DNA of 64,000 nucleotides, taken from contig JBHPFN010000001.1 of assembly GCA_042571725.1 (NCBI GenBank), forward strand, positions 5,048 through 69,047. Reading direction: 5' to 3'. The position numbers were made by a program, and so were the translations under genes. Under the pieces are notes generated by a model. The model was not told the DNA's origin, ran no database searches, and saw only the letters and a list, made by a program, of their open reading frames with translations. This stretch comes from Candidatus Omnitrophota bacterium (lineage in GTDB: Bacteria; Omnitrophota; Gorgyraeia; VGKH01; JBHPFN01). Positions 33,832 to 43,395 of this stretch are shown here, in pieces (position 1 is the first letter of the stretch; each line of letters begins with the position of its first letter).

Positions 33832-35229
33832 CTATCGGTAATGCGGCAACAACAATAGTGCTGCCCATACAAAAATTAGAGTGAAAAACCCTACCACTAT
33901 TCCTATTTTTAACCAGTACCAAAAACTTATTGAGACTTTCTTGTGTCGCTCCAATGTTCCTAAAGCAATAAAATTTGCCGTAGAACCAATAACCGTGATA
34001 TTTCCGCCAAAGCATGCGGCAAAAAGAAGCGCCCACCACAACGCACCATTTGCATGAAGCATCTTTTCTAAGCTCTGTAATATCGGGATGAACCCAACCA
34101 CAACTACTACGTTATCCAAGGCACTTGATACCAACGCACCGCCAAACAAGATCGTGGTAATAAGAAGATTTCTACTATGCGAGACCATCACCAATATTTT
34201 TTGGGCCAGAATCTCTGTGACACCCTGCTCAGCCAAAACTCCTGCCTGCGCAAATAGAAACATAAAGAACAACAGCGTCCACCACTCAACATCCTTTTCT
34301 ATGTAGTCTCTCGCTTTGTGCCTCCTCCAAACCATGATCACCGCAGAAGAAAGCATGGGCGCAATAAGAAGCATAGTATTTGTCTCAAGCCCCAACCAAA
34401 GTTCAATACGATGATGCAGCGCAATCAATCCCAGGGTAAAGCCAAAGATTACAAATCCGATTCTCACATTTTTTTCAGGCGGCACTGACAACAGACGCAC
34501 CAGAAACTCATTAGGACCGAACTCCTTAATCTTCTCATCGAGCTCTTTAAGATGTTCTCTAAACATTACGATAAGTAGACCCGTCAGGATAAACAGCGAG
34601 AAGAACATAAGCGGAAATGAATACTTGATAAAATCTTCAAAGGTAAGACCTGCTTTTGCCGCAATCATTAAACCAATCGGATTACCGATAACCGTACCCG
34701 CCGAACCGATATTGGTAGCTAATACCGCCGCAAGAACATAGGGCACCGGATTAATCTCAAAGTAGTCACAAAATTCAAATATTATCATGATAACAATAAG
34801 AATTGAAGAAACCTCGTCAATAACACAGGCTAAGAGTGCCGATGAAAACACAAGCGAGACCATAAATTTCTTCGCGCTAATCTCCTTCATAACCAATGCG
34901 CGCTGCAGAAGCCAAGAAAATACCCCAATTTCTTTTAGGAAACCAACGATGATCATCATCCCTATTAAAAACAGGATTATCTCCATGGACGAGTATCGGA
35001 TGAAATTCTCTAGATTAGTTACGTGAGTCAACAACACAAGGCTTGCGCCCAAGAATGCAAAACTCAAGCGGAATTGCCAGAAAAGAAGTGTACCCAAAAT
35101 TGAAAGCGAGAATGCCACGAGAGCTACATCTTGACTGAAATTTAAACCAGAACGAGCCCCCAAAACCGCAATAATAATTGTGGCTACCGTTAGAATAATT
35201 CCTTTTTGTGGCAAGAATTTACTTTCCAT
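33832..35229 (-). CDS. ArsB/NhaD-superfamily (CitMHS-like) ion/anion permease
   Basis: 465-aa polytopic ORF with two homologous halves separated by a charged loop (REHLKELDEKIKEFGPNEF). Substrate unknown. Confidence 0.6.
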   Translation of the reverse strand: MESKFLPQKGIILTVATIIIAVLGARSGLNFSQDVALVAFSLSILGTLLFWQFRLSFAFLGASLVLLTHVTNLENFIRYSSMEIILFLIGMMIIVGFLKEIGVFSWLLQRALVMKEISAKKFMVSLVFSSALLACVIDEVSSILIVIMIIFEFCDYFEINPVPYVLAAVLATNIGSAGTVIGNPIGLMIAAKAGLTFEDFIKYSFPLMFFSLFILTGLLIVMFREHLKELDEKIKEFGPNEFLVRLLSVPPEKNVRIGFVIFGFTLGLIALHHRIELWLGLETNTMLLIAPMLSSAVIMVWRRHKARDYIEKDVEWWTLLFFMFLFAQAGVLAEQGVTEILAQKILVMVSHSRNLLITTILFGGALVSSALDNVVVVVGFIPILQSLEKMLHANGALWWALLFAACFGGNITVIGSTANFIALGTLERHKKVSISFWYWLKIGIVVGFFTLIFVWAALLLLPHYR

Positions 35230-35238
35230 GTGTTTTCT

Positions 35239-35394
35239 TTACTTACTTATAAGTGCCTTCTCGATAAGAATTCTTAGCTTATTCACCTGCGGTCTAGGCA
35301 GACGGAATTGAGACCGCAATACTGGAGTGGCAATCGTAAACTCAAAGATATTCGGGTCTTCCGGTATTTTTTTCACGCTTACATTCATCGTCAT
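35239..35394 (-). CDS. Possible 51-aa small ORF immediately upstream of the permease
   Basis: ATG 35394 to TAA 35239-41, translating to MTMNVSVKKIPEDPNIFEFTIATPVLRSQFRLPRPQVNKLRILIEKALISK. It ends 9 nt before the permease ATG. Only a distant AAGAGG. Below the ORF-track length cutoff and unverified. Confidence 0.25.
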   Translation of the reverse strand: MTMNVSVKKIPEDPNIFEFTIATPVLRSQFRLPRPQVNKLRILIEKALISK

Positions 35395-35414
35395 TTTGGA
35401 CATTTATCGCCTCT

Positions 35415-35446
35415 TAATAGAAAAGACAGCTCGACTTCGAGCTGTC
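35415..35446 (-). terminator. Intrinsic terminator-like hairpin downstream of gltD
   Basis: On the minus strand, GACAGCTCG-AAGT-CGAGCTGTC (9-bp stem, 35446-35425) followed by TTTTCTATT. Confidence 0.65.
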
Positions 35447-35500
35447 ACAACCTCTTTTAGTAGCATTGTAGTCAATTTCTTCTTCCGCTGTTTTCATTAT

Positions 35501-35528
35501 ATTATATACATTTCCTTTATCTTTGCAA
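35501..35528 (-). promoter_or_regulatory. sigma70-type promoter (TTGCAA-N16-TATAAT) just after the gltD stop
   Basis: On the minus strand, TTGCAA (35528-35523) and a perfect TATAAT (35506-35501). It lies upstream of the 35415-35446 terminator hairpin. Confidence 0.5.
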
Positions 35529-35557
35529 TGGAAATTTCTAAATTCAATTTTCCAGCT

Positions 35558-37006
35558 TTACATCGTAGGTAGACTGCTATTGCCCATTAGATGTTCATCG
35601 ATTGCGTGCGCGGCGCGCCTGCCTTCTGCTATTGCCCAAACAATAAGTGACTGCCCTCTTCGCATATCACCTGCGCAGAATACATGTTTTTTCGAGGTCA
35701 TATAACGTTCGTCAGTTTTTACATTTCCGCGCGCATCCAACTCTATGCCTAATTGCTCCAGAAGTCCTTTTTGTTCAGGATGAACAAACCCGATTGCCAC
35801 AATGACCAAATCTGCCTCAATTTCGAATTCACTGTTCGGCACTTCTTTCATCAATAGACAATTTTTCGCATCTTTCTCAGGGCCAAATTCAACCTGCGAG
35901 CAATGAAGTTTTCTTACCTTGCCGTTTTCACCGATAAATCGCTTGGTTAAAATACTCCATTTACGCTCTCCTCCTTCTTCATGAGAACTAGATGCCTTAA
36001 GCAACATCGGATACCTCGGCCAGGGAACATCATCCATGCGGCATTCGGGCGGCTTCGATAACACTTCTATCTGAACCACACAACTAGCGCCCTGTCGGTG
36101 TGCAGTTCCTACGCAATCCGAGCCGGTATCGCCCCCGCCGATAACCACAACCTTTTTACCTTTTGCATTGATTGATTGGGATTCCGTAATAGAAACTCCG
36201 GAAGCCCTCTTGTTCGATTGAATCAAATAATCCATTGCAAAATGGATTCCCTGTAGATCTCGTCCTTCAATATTTAAATCCCGCGCTACACGGCTTCCCC
36301 CGGCAAGACATACCGCATCAAAATCTTTAAGAAGTTTTTTAGCCGAATACTCAACACCGACATTTACCGATGTTCTAAACTCAACTCCCTCCTTTTGCCA
36401 CAATGCGATTCGACGATCGATTATGTTTTTTTCTAATTTAAAATCAGGAATACCATAGCGCAAAATCCCGCCGATCTTATCGTCTCTCTCGAATACTACT
36501 ACGTTGTGGCCCGCACGATTAAGCTGCGCTGCACACGAAAGACCTGCAGGGCCAGAGCCCACCACGGCAACTTTTTTACCGGTCCTCTGCGTTGGTGACT
36601 GAGCTTTAATCAATCCCTTTTTGAATGCGTGTTCGATAATGGCTAGCTCATTTTCTCGAATAGTAACCGGATCATCATTAATTCCTAAGACGCACGCATA
36701 CTCACAGGTTGCAGGACACAGGCGTCCGGTAATCTCTGGCATGTTATTGGTAGCATCAAGAAGCTCAAATGCTTTTTCCCAGTGGCCGGAAACCATAAAA
36801 TCATTCCATTCCGGAATATAGTTTCCAACCGGACATCCCCAATGACAAAACGGTGTGCCGCAATCCATGCAGCGTGAAGCCTGCTCCTTAGAATGCTCTG
36901 CGCTGTGTGGCACGTTAACTTCCTTAAAATCCACAATGCGTTCGCACACAGCCCTATAGGCAGCGGTTTTTCTTTTTACTTTTAGAAAACCTTTTGGGTC
37001 ACCCAT
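35558..37006 (-). CDS. gltD: Glutamate synthase (NADPH) small subunit
   Basis: 482-aa ORF. Fe-S Cys clusters CMDCGTPFC and CPATCEYAC. Dinucleotide-binding VAVVGSGPAGL and VVVIGGGDTGSDC. Confidence 0.88.
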   Translation of the reverse strand: MGDPKGFLKVKRKTAAYRAVCERIVDFKEVNVPHSAEHSKEQASRCMDCGTPFCHWGCPVGNYIPEWNDFMVSGHWEKAFELLDATNNMPEITGRLCPATCEYACVLGINDDPVTIRENELAIIEHAFKKGLIKAQSPTQRTGKKVAVVGSGPAGLSCAAQLNRAGHNVVVFERDDKIGGILRYGIPDFKLEKNIIDRRIALWQKEGVEFRTSVNVGVEYSAKKLLKDFDAVCLAGGSRVARDLNIEGRDLQGIHFAMDYLIQSNKRASGVSITESQSINAKGKKVVVIGGGDTGSDCVGTAHRQGASCVVQIEVLSKPPECRMDDVPWPRYPMLLKASSSHEEGGERKWSILTKRFIGENGKVRKLHCSQVEFGPEKDAKNCLLMKEVPNSEFEIEADLVIVAIGFVHPEQKGLLEQLGIELDARGNVKTDERYMTSKKHVFCAGDMRRGQSLIVWAIAEGRRAAHAIDEHLMGNSSLPTM

Positions 37007-40000
37007 CTGAAACCTCGGTTAAATCAAGTTTTTTCTCAAGCCTTACACCCTCTAAAATACGCTTGTACTCAATCGGCATAATCTTAACAAACTTCTTAAG
37101 CTCTTTTTTAATATTATCCAGCACTTTTTTTGCAACAGGGCTTTGTGTACAGTTATAGTGGTTGTACAGAAGATTATAGATTGTAGTTTCATCTTCATCG
37201 ACAAGCTCCTCTAACACAACCATGCCCATATTACACTTCTCTTTAAAGCTACTATCAACATCATACACATAGGCAATACCACCCGACATCCCCGCGGCAA
37301 AATTTCTTCCCGTCTTGCCTAACACTACCACACGTCCTCCAGTCATATATTCACAGCCGTGATCGCCTACGCCCTCAACCACCGCATGCAATCCTGAATT
37401 ACGAATGCAAAACCTTTCTCCCGCAATTCCTCGAATATACGCCTCGCCTGCGATAGCACCGTAAAAGGTAGTATTACCAATAATAATATTTTCCTCTGGG
37501 ATATAGCCTGCTTCTTTTCCCGGATAGATAATAATTTTTCCGCCTGAGATGCCCTTGCCTACATAATCATTGGTCATACCCACAAGCTCAAAGGTAATGC
37601 CTTTTGCCAGCCACGCACCAAAGCTTTGTCCTGCTACACCGGTGAATTTACAATAGATAGTATCTTCAGGAAGTCCCCTTTCACCGTGTCTTTTGCAGAC
37701 CTCTCCGCTAAGCATCGCCCCTGTAGTTCTGTTGACATTATTAATTTCCGTTTCAATTTTGACCGGCTCTGCCTTAACAATGGCAGCCTGCGCTTTTTCG
37801 ATTAGTTCTTTGTCTAATACTGTTTCGATTCCATGAACCTGCTTCTTCTTACAATAGACCCCAATTTTTTTATCGACTTTCGGCTTGTATAAGATTCGAG
37901 AATAGTCAATGCCTTGTGCCTTCCAGGGAACAATAGCGCTATTTACTTCAAGTAAATCTGTTCTTCCAACTAACTCTTCTATCTTTGTTACTCCAAGCTG
38001 CGCCATAATCTCTCGTAGCTCTTGTGCAACAAAATGGAAAAAGTTTACAATATGCTCCGGCCTACCCTTAAAACGCTTCTGCAAGATTTCATCTTGAGTA
38101 GCAACTCCCACCGAACAATTATTGAGATGACAGTGTCTTAGCATTATACAACCACTAATAACTAATGCGGCGGTGCAGAACCCAAACTCCTCGGCGCCCA
38201 AAATAGCAGCAATGGCAACATCTCTGCCGGTACGTAATTGTCCATCGGTCTGAAGACGTACCCTGCTTCTTAAATCATTCAATACAAGCGTCTGATGTGT
38301 CTCAGATAACCCAAGCTCCCAGGGAAGACCGGCATACATAATCGAACTTCGAGGAGAAGCACCGGTTCCGCCGTCTCCACCTGAAATCAAAATCATATCT
38401 GCGTGGCCCTTAGCAACACCTGCGGCAACGGTACCTACACCAATTTCGGATACAAGCTTAACGCTTATGCGTGCTCTTGGATTGGTATTTTTCAAATCAA
38501 AAATAAGCTGGGCTAGATCTTCAATTGAATAAATGTCGTGGTGCGGAGGCGGTGAAATAAGCGTGACCCCCGGCGTAGTGTAACGGGTACGCGCAATAAT
38601 CGCACTTACTTTGTGTCCGGGAAGTTGTCCGCCTTCACCCGGTTTTGCGCCCTGTGCGATCTTAATCTGTAATTCATCGGCATTAACAAGATAATTTGTT
38701 GTCGCGCCAAAACGGCCAGAGGCAACTTGTTTTATTGCGCTGCGCGCTGAATCACCACCAGGCATCTTTACGAAGCGAGCAGGGTCCTCTCCTCCTTCTC
38801 CGGTATTCGATTTGCCGCCGATTCTATTCATGGCAATTGCTAAAGTCTCGTGCGCCCCGCGTGAAATCGAACCAAAGCTCATGGCTCCGGTTGCAAAACG
38901 GGTAAAGATATTTTCAGCTGGTTCAACCTTATCTATTGGAATTGATTTTGTTTTCTTAAACTTTAAAAGGCTTCTTAATGTCGTGGGCTGTGCTGATTGA
39001 TCATTAATACACTGCGCAAACTGCTTATAGCGCTCGTAGTTATTAAACCGTGTTGCATCCTGAAGACTTGCGATGCTCTCAGGATTCCAAAGATGAAATT
39101 CCCCGTCACGCTTCCATTGATACACTCCACCGGCGGAAAGATATGGTGCAGCAATACGTTCTCTTTCCGGAAATGCCTCTTTGTGGCGCATCATAGCCTC
39201 TTGCGCCAGTGTTTTAAGACTTACTCCTCCAATTCTCGAGATTGTTTTCTTAAAGCACTTTTCAATCACCTCTTCGCCTAAGCCGAGCGCTTCAAAAATC
39301 TGAGCGCCCCGGTAACTCTGCAAGGTGGAAATCCCCATTTTCGAGAGAACCTTCAGCACACCTTTGTTAATTGCTTTGATATAATTTTTCTGAGCAGTTT
39401 TAAAATCTATATTGAGTTCTTTTTCATTAATTAGATAATCAAGCGCCTCAAACGCAAGATAAGGATTCACACATCCCACACCGAAACCAAAAAGCACTGC
39501 AAAATGATGCACCTCTCTGGGTTCAGCGCTTTCTAAAATAAGCGCAATCTGAGAACGCGAGGTATCTTTTACCAGATATTGATGCACCGCACCTATTGCT
39601 AGCAGAGCGGGAAGCGCTGCATATTCTCTATTAACTCCACGATCACTTAAGACAACAAAAGAACAACCTTCTTGGATTGCTGCCTTGGCTTCTTTGCACA
39701 CCCTGTCAAGTGCCTCAAAGAAAGCATTTTCCTCAGTTGCTCTAAAAAGCAGCGAAATAGTTCTAGTCTTAAATCCCTTTTCATTGATGTGTTTTAGTTT
39801 TGCAAGCTCCTCATTGGTTAGAATTGGCTGCTTCAACCGTACCTTGTGGCAATGTTGAGCTGTCTCATCCAAAAGGTTCCTGCGCGAACCCATATAACAC
39901 TCCAAACTCATTACTAAGTCTTCACGGATAGGATCGATTGCAGGATTGGTAACCTGGGCGAATAACTGTCTAAAATAGTTGTATAAAAGTTGTGGTTTTT

Positions 40001-41531
40001 TCGACAATACCGCGTACGGAGTATCATTGCCCATTGAGCCTGTAGGTTCCTGGCCGCTTTCAGCCATTGGCTTAATGAGCACTTTTAAATCTTCGCGCGT
40101 GTAGCCAAACGCCCTCATCTGCGAAAGCACATCTTCAAATGGCTTCTCTTTTATGGTGGGACGTGGGAGTTTTTCAATCTCTACTAAATTTTCTTTAAGC
40201 CACTTGCCATAAGGCTGTTGATTGGAGACAGTATTTTTTATCTCTGCATCGTCAACAATGCGACCTTCTTCAGTGTCAATAAAGAACATCTTACCCGGCT
40301 CAAGCCTGCCTGAAGAAATAATGTCTTGCGGTTTGATATCAAGCACCCCTACCTCAGAAGCCATCACCACTAAATCCTGTTTAGTCACCACGTACCTGGC
40401 AGGACGAAGGCCGTTTCGATCAAGTACCGCACCGATTCTGGTTCCGTCAGTAAACGCAATCGCAGCCGGACCATCCCAAGGTTCCATAAGACAGGTGTGA
40501 TACTGATAAAACTTCCTATGCTTTTCATCCATGGAATGATTTTGTTCCCAGGCTGAAGGAATAAGCATCATCATAACGTGTGGCAAAGATCTTCCTGAGA
40601 GCACCAACAACTCAAAGGCATTATCAATACTGGCGGAATCGCTTCCACCCGGCACTACAATTGGTTTAATCTTTTCAATATCTTCTCCGAATAAAGGGCT
40701 AAACAAAAGGTCTTCTTTTGCGCTCATCCAATTGATGTTGCCGCGCAAAGTATTAATCTCTCCGTTGTGCGCTAAAAACCGAAACGGCTGTGATAAATCC
40801 CAGGTGGGAAAGGTGTTGGTGCTATAACGAGAATGCACAAGACATAGCGCACTCTGCAGACTCGTATCTTTCAAATCCACAAAGAAATCCTCAAGTTGAT
40901 TGGGCATAACAAGCCCTTTGTAAGAAAAGGTGCGGGAAGAAATATTGGTGACATAAAAGTATGATTTTTGTTTTAAATTTGAGGCGCGGATTGTGTTTTC
41001 TACCTGACGCCTAATAACATAAAGCCTGCGTTCAAACGCCAGCTGTTCTTTAAAGGCCTCGTTCTTGGCAATGAAGATCTGCTCAATCACCGGCTGAGTT
41101 GCCTTGGCGGTTTCGCCAATATGCGAGTTGTCAACCGGTACCTTGCGCCAGCCTAAGAGCCTTTGATCATCCGCCTCGATTACTTTTTTAAATACGTCTT
41201 TGCAAAACTCCCGTTCTTTCTCGTCAGGAGGTAGAAAAATTAGTCCGGTACCATAGGAGCCTACGTGTGGTAACTCAATCTTTACTTCACCTGCAACCTT
41301 AACAAAGAATTCATGAGGTATCTGAATTAATAGACCAGCCCCGTCACCGGTCTTAGGATCAGCACCTACAGCCCCGCGGTGTGCTAGACGTAGCAGCACC
41401 TTCAAACCCTGCTGGACAATCGTGTTGGATTTATCCCCTTTTACATTACAGACAAATCCAACGCCGCAGGAATCATGCTCAAACCGCGGGTCATAGAGAC
41501 CCTGACTATGAGGAAAATGATGGTAGCTCAT
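36999..41531 (-). CDS. gltB: Glutamate synthase large subunit
   Basis: 1510-aa ORF. Ntn-amidotransferase start FEHDSCGVGF, an FMN/Fe-S domain, and a C-terminal GXGXG beta-helix domain. Overlaps gltD by 8 nt. Confidence 0.93.
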   Translation of the reverse strand: MSYHHFPHSQGLYDPRFEHDSCGVGFVCNVKGDKSNTIVQQGLKVLLRLAHRGAVGADPKTGDGAGLLIQIPHEFFVKVAGEVKIELPHVGSYGTGLIFLPPDEKEREFCKDVFKKVIEADDQRLLGWRKVPVDNSHIGETAKATQPVIEQIFIAKNEAFKEQLAFERRLYVIRRQVENTIRASNLKQKSYFYVTNISSRTFSYKGLVMPNQLEDFFVDLKDTSLQSALCLVHSRYSTNTFPTWDLSQPFRFLAHNGEINTLRGNINWMSAKEDLLFSPLFGEDIEKIKPIVVPGGSDSASIDNAFELLVLSGRSLPHVMMMLIPSAWEQNHSMDEKHRKFYQYHTCLMEPWDGPAAIAFTDGTRIGAVLDRNGLRPARYVVTKQDLVVMASEVGVLDIKPQDIISSGRLEPGKMFFIDTEEGRIVDDAEIKNTVSNQQPYGKWLKENLVEIEKLPRPTIKEKPFEDVLSQMRAFGYTREDLKVLIKPMAESGQEPTGSMGNDTPYAVLSKKPQLLYNYFRQLFAQVTNPAIDPIREDLVMSLECYMGSRRNLLDETAQHCHKVRLKQPILTNEELAKLKHINEKGFKTRTISLLFRATEENAFFEALDRVCKEAKAAIQEGCSFVVLSDRGVNREYAALPALLAIGAVHQYLVKDTSRSQIALILESAEPREVHHFAVLFGFGVGCVNPYLAFEALDYLINEKELNIDFKTAQKNYIKAINKGVLKVLSKMGISTLQSYRGAQIFEALGLGEEVIEKCFKKTISRIGGVSLKTLAQEAMMRHKEAFPERERIAAPYLSAGGVYQWKRDGEFHLWNPESIASLQDATRFNNYERYKQFAQCINDQSAQPTTLRSLLKFKKTKSIPIDKVEPAENIFTRFATGAMSFGSISRGAHETLAIAMNRIGGKSNTGEGGEDPARFVKMPGGDSARSAIKQVASGRFGATTNYLVNADELQIKIAQGAKPGEGGQLPGHKVSAIIARTRYTTPGVTLISPPPHHDIYSIEDLAQLIFDLKNTNPRARISVKLVSEIGVGTVAAGVAKGHADMILISGGDGGTGASPRSSIMYAGLPWELGLSETHQTLVLNDLRSRVRLQTDGQLRTGRDVAIAAILGAEEFGFCTAALVISGCIMLRHCHLNNCSVGVATQDEILQKRFKGRPEHIVNFFHFVAQELREIMAQLGVTKIEELVGRTDLLEVNSAIVPWKAQGIDYSRILYKPKVDKKIGVYCKKKQVHGIETVLDKELIEKAQAAIVKAEPVKIETEINNVNRTTGAMLSGEVCKRHGERGLPEDTIYCKFTGVAGQSFGAWLAKGITFELVGMTNDYVGKGISGGKIIIYPGKEAGYIPEENIIIGNTTFYGAIAGEAYIRGIAGERFCIRNSGLHAVVEGVGDHGCEYMTGGRVVVLGKTGRNFAAGMSGGIAYVYDVDSSFKEKCNMGMVVLEELVDEDETTIYNLLYNHYNCTQSPVAKKVLDNIKKELKKFVKIMPIEYKRILEGVRLEKKLDLTEVSDG

Positions 41532-41556
41532 TTTTTTTACGCCTTTTAGCCGCAGA

Positions 41557-41820
41557 TTAAAACTTCCACTTCTCTACGTCAATACCTAACCTCTTAATCT
41601 TTGCTCGCAAGGTATTGCGATTAATCCCTAGGATTCTGGCGGCTTTTAGCTGATTGCCATCAGTACGCTCAAGCACCCTTTCGATAAGAGGTTTTTCAAC
41701 CATCTCGATAACAAACTTATAGAGCTCATTGCGCTTGCTCTTAATAAAAAAATCATCGAGACCCTTGATACTCTCACCTAAGGTGCATGTCTTATCTTCT
41801 TTTATCAACTCTGCTTGCAT
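41557..41820 (-). CDS. Fis-family small DNA-binding protein
   Basis: 87-aa ORF. Its C-terminal half, LYKFVIEMVEKPLIERVLERTDGNQLKAARILGINRNTLRAKIKRLGI, aligns with the Fis/NtrC-C-terminal HTH_8 pattern. 25 nt upstream of gltB. Confidence 0.65.
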   Translation of the reverse strand: MQAELIKEDKTCTLGESIKGLDDFFIKSKRNELYKFVIEMVEKPLIERVLERTDGNQLKAARILGINRNTLRAKIKRLGIDVEKWKF

Positions 41821-41855
41821 CTTATTATACTCCTGCCTAAAAATTAGGCACGTGA

Positions 41856-41898
41856 ATTTTTAAACGAAGCGCCCACGCATATGCAGAGGCGCTCCGTT
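41856..41898 (-). terminator. Hairpin downstream of glnA (weak U-tract)
   Basis: 11-bp stem AACGGAGCGCC/GGCGCTTCGTT (one G-T pair) with a 14-nt loop, followed only by TTTAAAAATT on the minus strand. Confidence 0.4.
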
Positions 41899-41904
41899 CT
41901 TCTT

Positions 41905-43242
41905 TTACAAAATCGAAAGATACTTATCTAATTCGTACTGAGGAACCTGAATCCGGTAATCATCCCACTCTTTTTTCTTCAGCTCAACAAAGCGAGGGAA
42001 AATATGATCCCCAAGCGTCTTTCTCACTAACTGACTCTCTTCTGTTAACGAAATAGCATATCCCAGGCTATCAGGAAGTGTTTGGATACCTTTCTTCTTT
42101 CTTTCAGTATCGCTTAAATGATACAGGTTCTGTTCCATAGGTGCCGGCACTTTGTATCCTTTTTCAATCCCATCTAAGCCTGCTTGCAGCATTGCCGCAA
42201 AGGTAAGATACGGATTACACGCTGGATCACAGGCTCTAAACTCACAGCGCGTTGCCTTTTCTTGTCCTGGATGATACAGCGGCACTCTTACCAAAGCACT
42301 TCTGTTTCTTCGGCTCCAGGCAATATATACAGGTGCTTCGTATCCAGGCACTAATCTTTTGTAAGAATTAGTGGTCTGCGCAAAGATAGAACAGATTTCT
42401 TTTGCGTGCTTTAAGAGCCCTGCGATATATTTGCGTGCGGTGTCTGATAGATAATCTTTTGACTTGGCTTCAAAAAATGCATTCTTGCTTCCTTTAAAAA
42501 GCGACTGATGCGTATGCATCCCTGAGCCGTTCTCGCCGAATATTGGTTTTGGCATAAACGTAGCATACACGCCAAACTTACTGGCGATCTCTTTTACTAC
42601 AACCCGGTAGGTAATAACGCTATCAGCCATTGCAAGGGCATCTGTATAGCGCATATCAACTTCGTGCTGTGAAGGTGCTACCTCATGATGAGAGTATTCA
42701 ATCTTAATCCCCATCTGCTCCAATGCCAAAACGGTTTCTCTTCTCAGATCACTTGCAACATCCAACGTGGTAAGATCAAAATAGCCGCCCTTATCCAAGA
42801 TCTCTGTTCCGTCATCCTTTTTGAAATAGAAGAATTCAAGCTCAGGTCCAAGATAGAAATGATCGAACCCCATCTTCTGTGCGCGTGCAAGTGCGCGTTT
42901 TAACACATAGCGGGGATCTCCTTCATACGGTGTCCTGTCAGGGTTTAATACATCGCAAATCATACGCGCGACTGCCTTTTCTTTTGGCCTCCAGGGTAAG
43001 ATCGCAAACGTATCCGGGTCAGGCATTGCAATCATATCCGACTCTTCAATATCCTGATAGCCGGTAATAGATGAGCCGTCAAACCCCATGCCGTTTTCTA
43101 ACGCACCTTTTAATTCGCTATCGGTGATTGAAAAACTTTTCACCTGTCCGAGTACATCAGTAAACCACAATCGGATAAACTTAACATCATTATCCTTAAC
43201 CTTTTTCAAGATCTGCTGTGTTTTGTTTAGCTTTTTAGCCAT
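41905..43242 (-). CDS. glnA: Glutamine synthetase, type I-alpha-like
   Basis: 445-aa ORF. HHEVAPSQHEVD, NGSGMHTHQSLF, SYKRLVPGYEAP and RNRSALVRVP motifs. No adenylylation-loop extension. Confidence 0.9.
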   Translation of the reverse strand: MAKKLNKTQQILKKVKDNDVKFIRLWFTDVLGQVKSFSITDSELKGALENGMGFDGSSITGYQDIEESDMIAMPDPDTFAILPWRPKEKAVARMICDVLNPDRTPYEGDPRYVLKRALARAQKMGFDHFYLGPELEFFYFKKDDGTEILDKGGYFDLTTLDVASDLRRETVLALEQMGIKIEYSHHEVAPSQHEVDMRYTDALAMADSVITYRVVVKEIASKFGVYATFMPKPIFGENGSGMHTHQSLFKGSKNAFFEAKSKDYLSDTARKYIAGLLKHAKEICSIFAQTTNSYKRLVPGYEAPVYIAWSRRNRSALVRVPLYHPGQEKATRCEFRACDPACNPYLTFAAMLQAGLDGIEKGYKVPAPMEQNLYHLSDTERKKKGIQTLPDSLGYAISLTEESQLVRKTLGDHIFPRFVELKKKEWDDYRIQVPQYELDKYLSIL

Positions 43243-43261
43243 TTTCCCCTCCTTTTTAATT

Positions 43262-43310
43262 TTCCAAAATAAAAGCCCTTTAAAAGCGTCTCTATGCTTT
43301 CAAAGGGCTT
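43262..43310 (-). terminator. Strong terminator-like hairpin (element A) between glnK and glnA, abutting the glnA RBS
   Basis: On the minus strand, AAGCCCTTTGAAAGC-ATAGAGAC-GCTTTTAAAGGGCTT (15-bp stem including one G-U) followed by TTATTTTGG. The glnA ATG is 30 nt further on. Confidence 0.65.
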
Positions 43311-43327
43311 CTTCGCCTTTTCCAATT

Positions 43328-43342
43328 GCACAAACTTTGTGC
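43328..43342. promoter_or_regulatory. Perfect 7-1-7 palindrome GCACAAA-C-TTTGTGC upstream of glnA
   Basis: Read directly from the sequence. It lies between a TATACT box (minus strand, 43362-43357) and element A. Confidence 0.3.
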
Positions 43343-43395
43343 TTTTTTGCCTTCAAAGTATACAAGTAAGTTTTACCTAATTTTGGTAACCTTTT

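Noticed and set aside
33815-34039. A 74-aa ORF overlapping the 3' end of the permease gene.
   Set aside because: It is an alternative frame of the 465-aa permease ORF and has no independent support.
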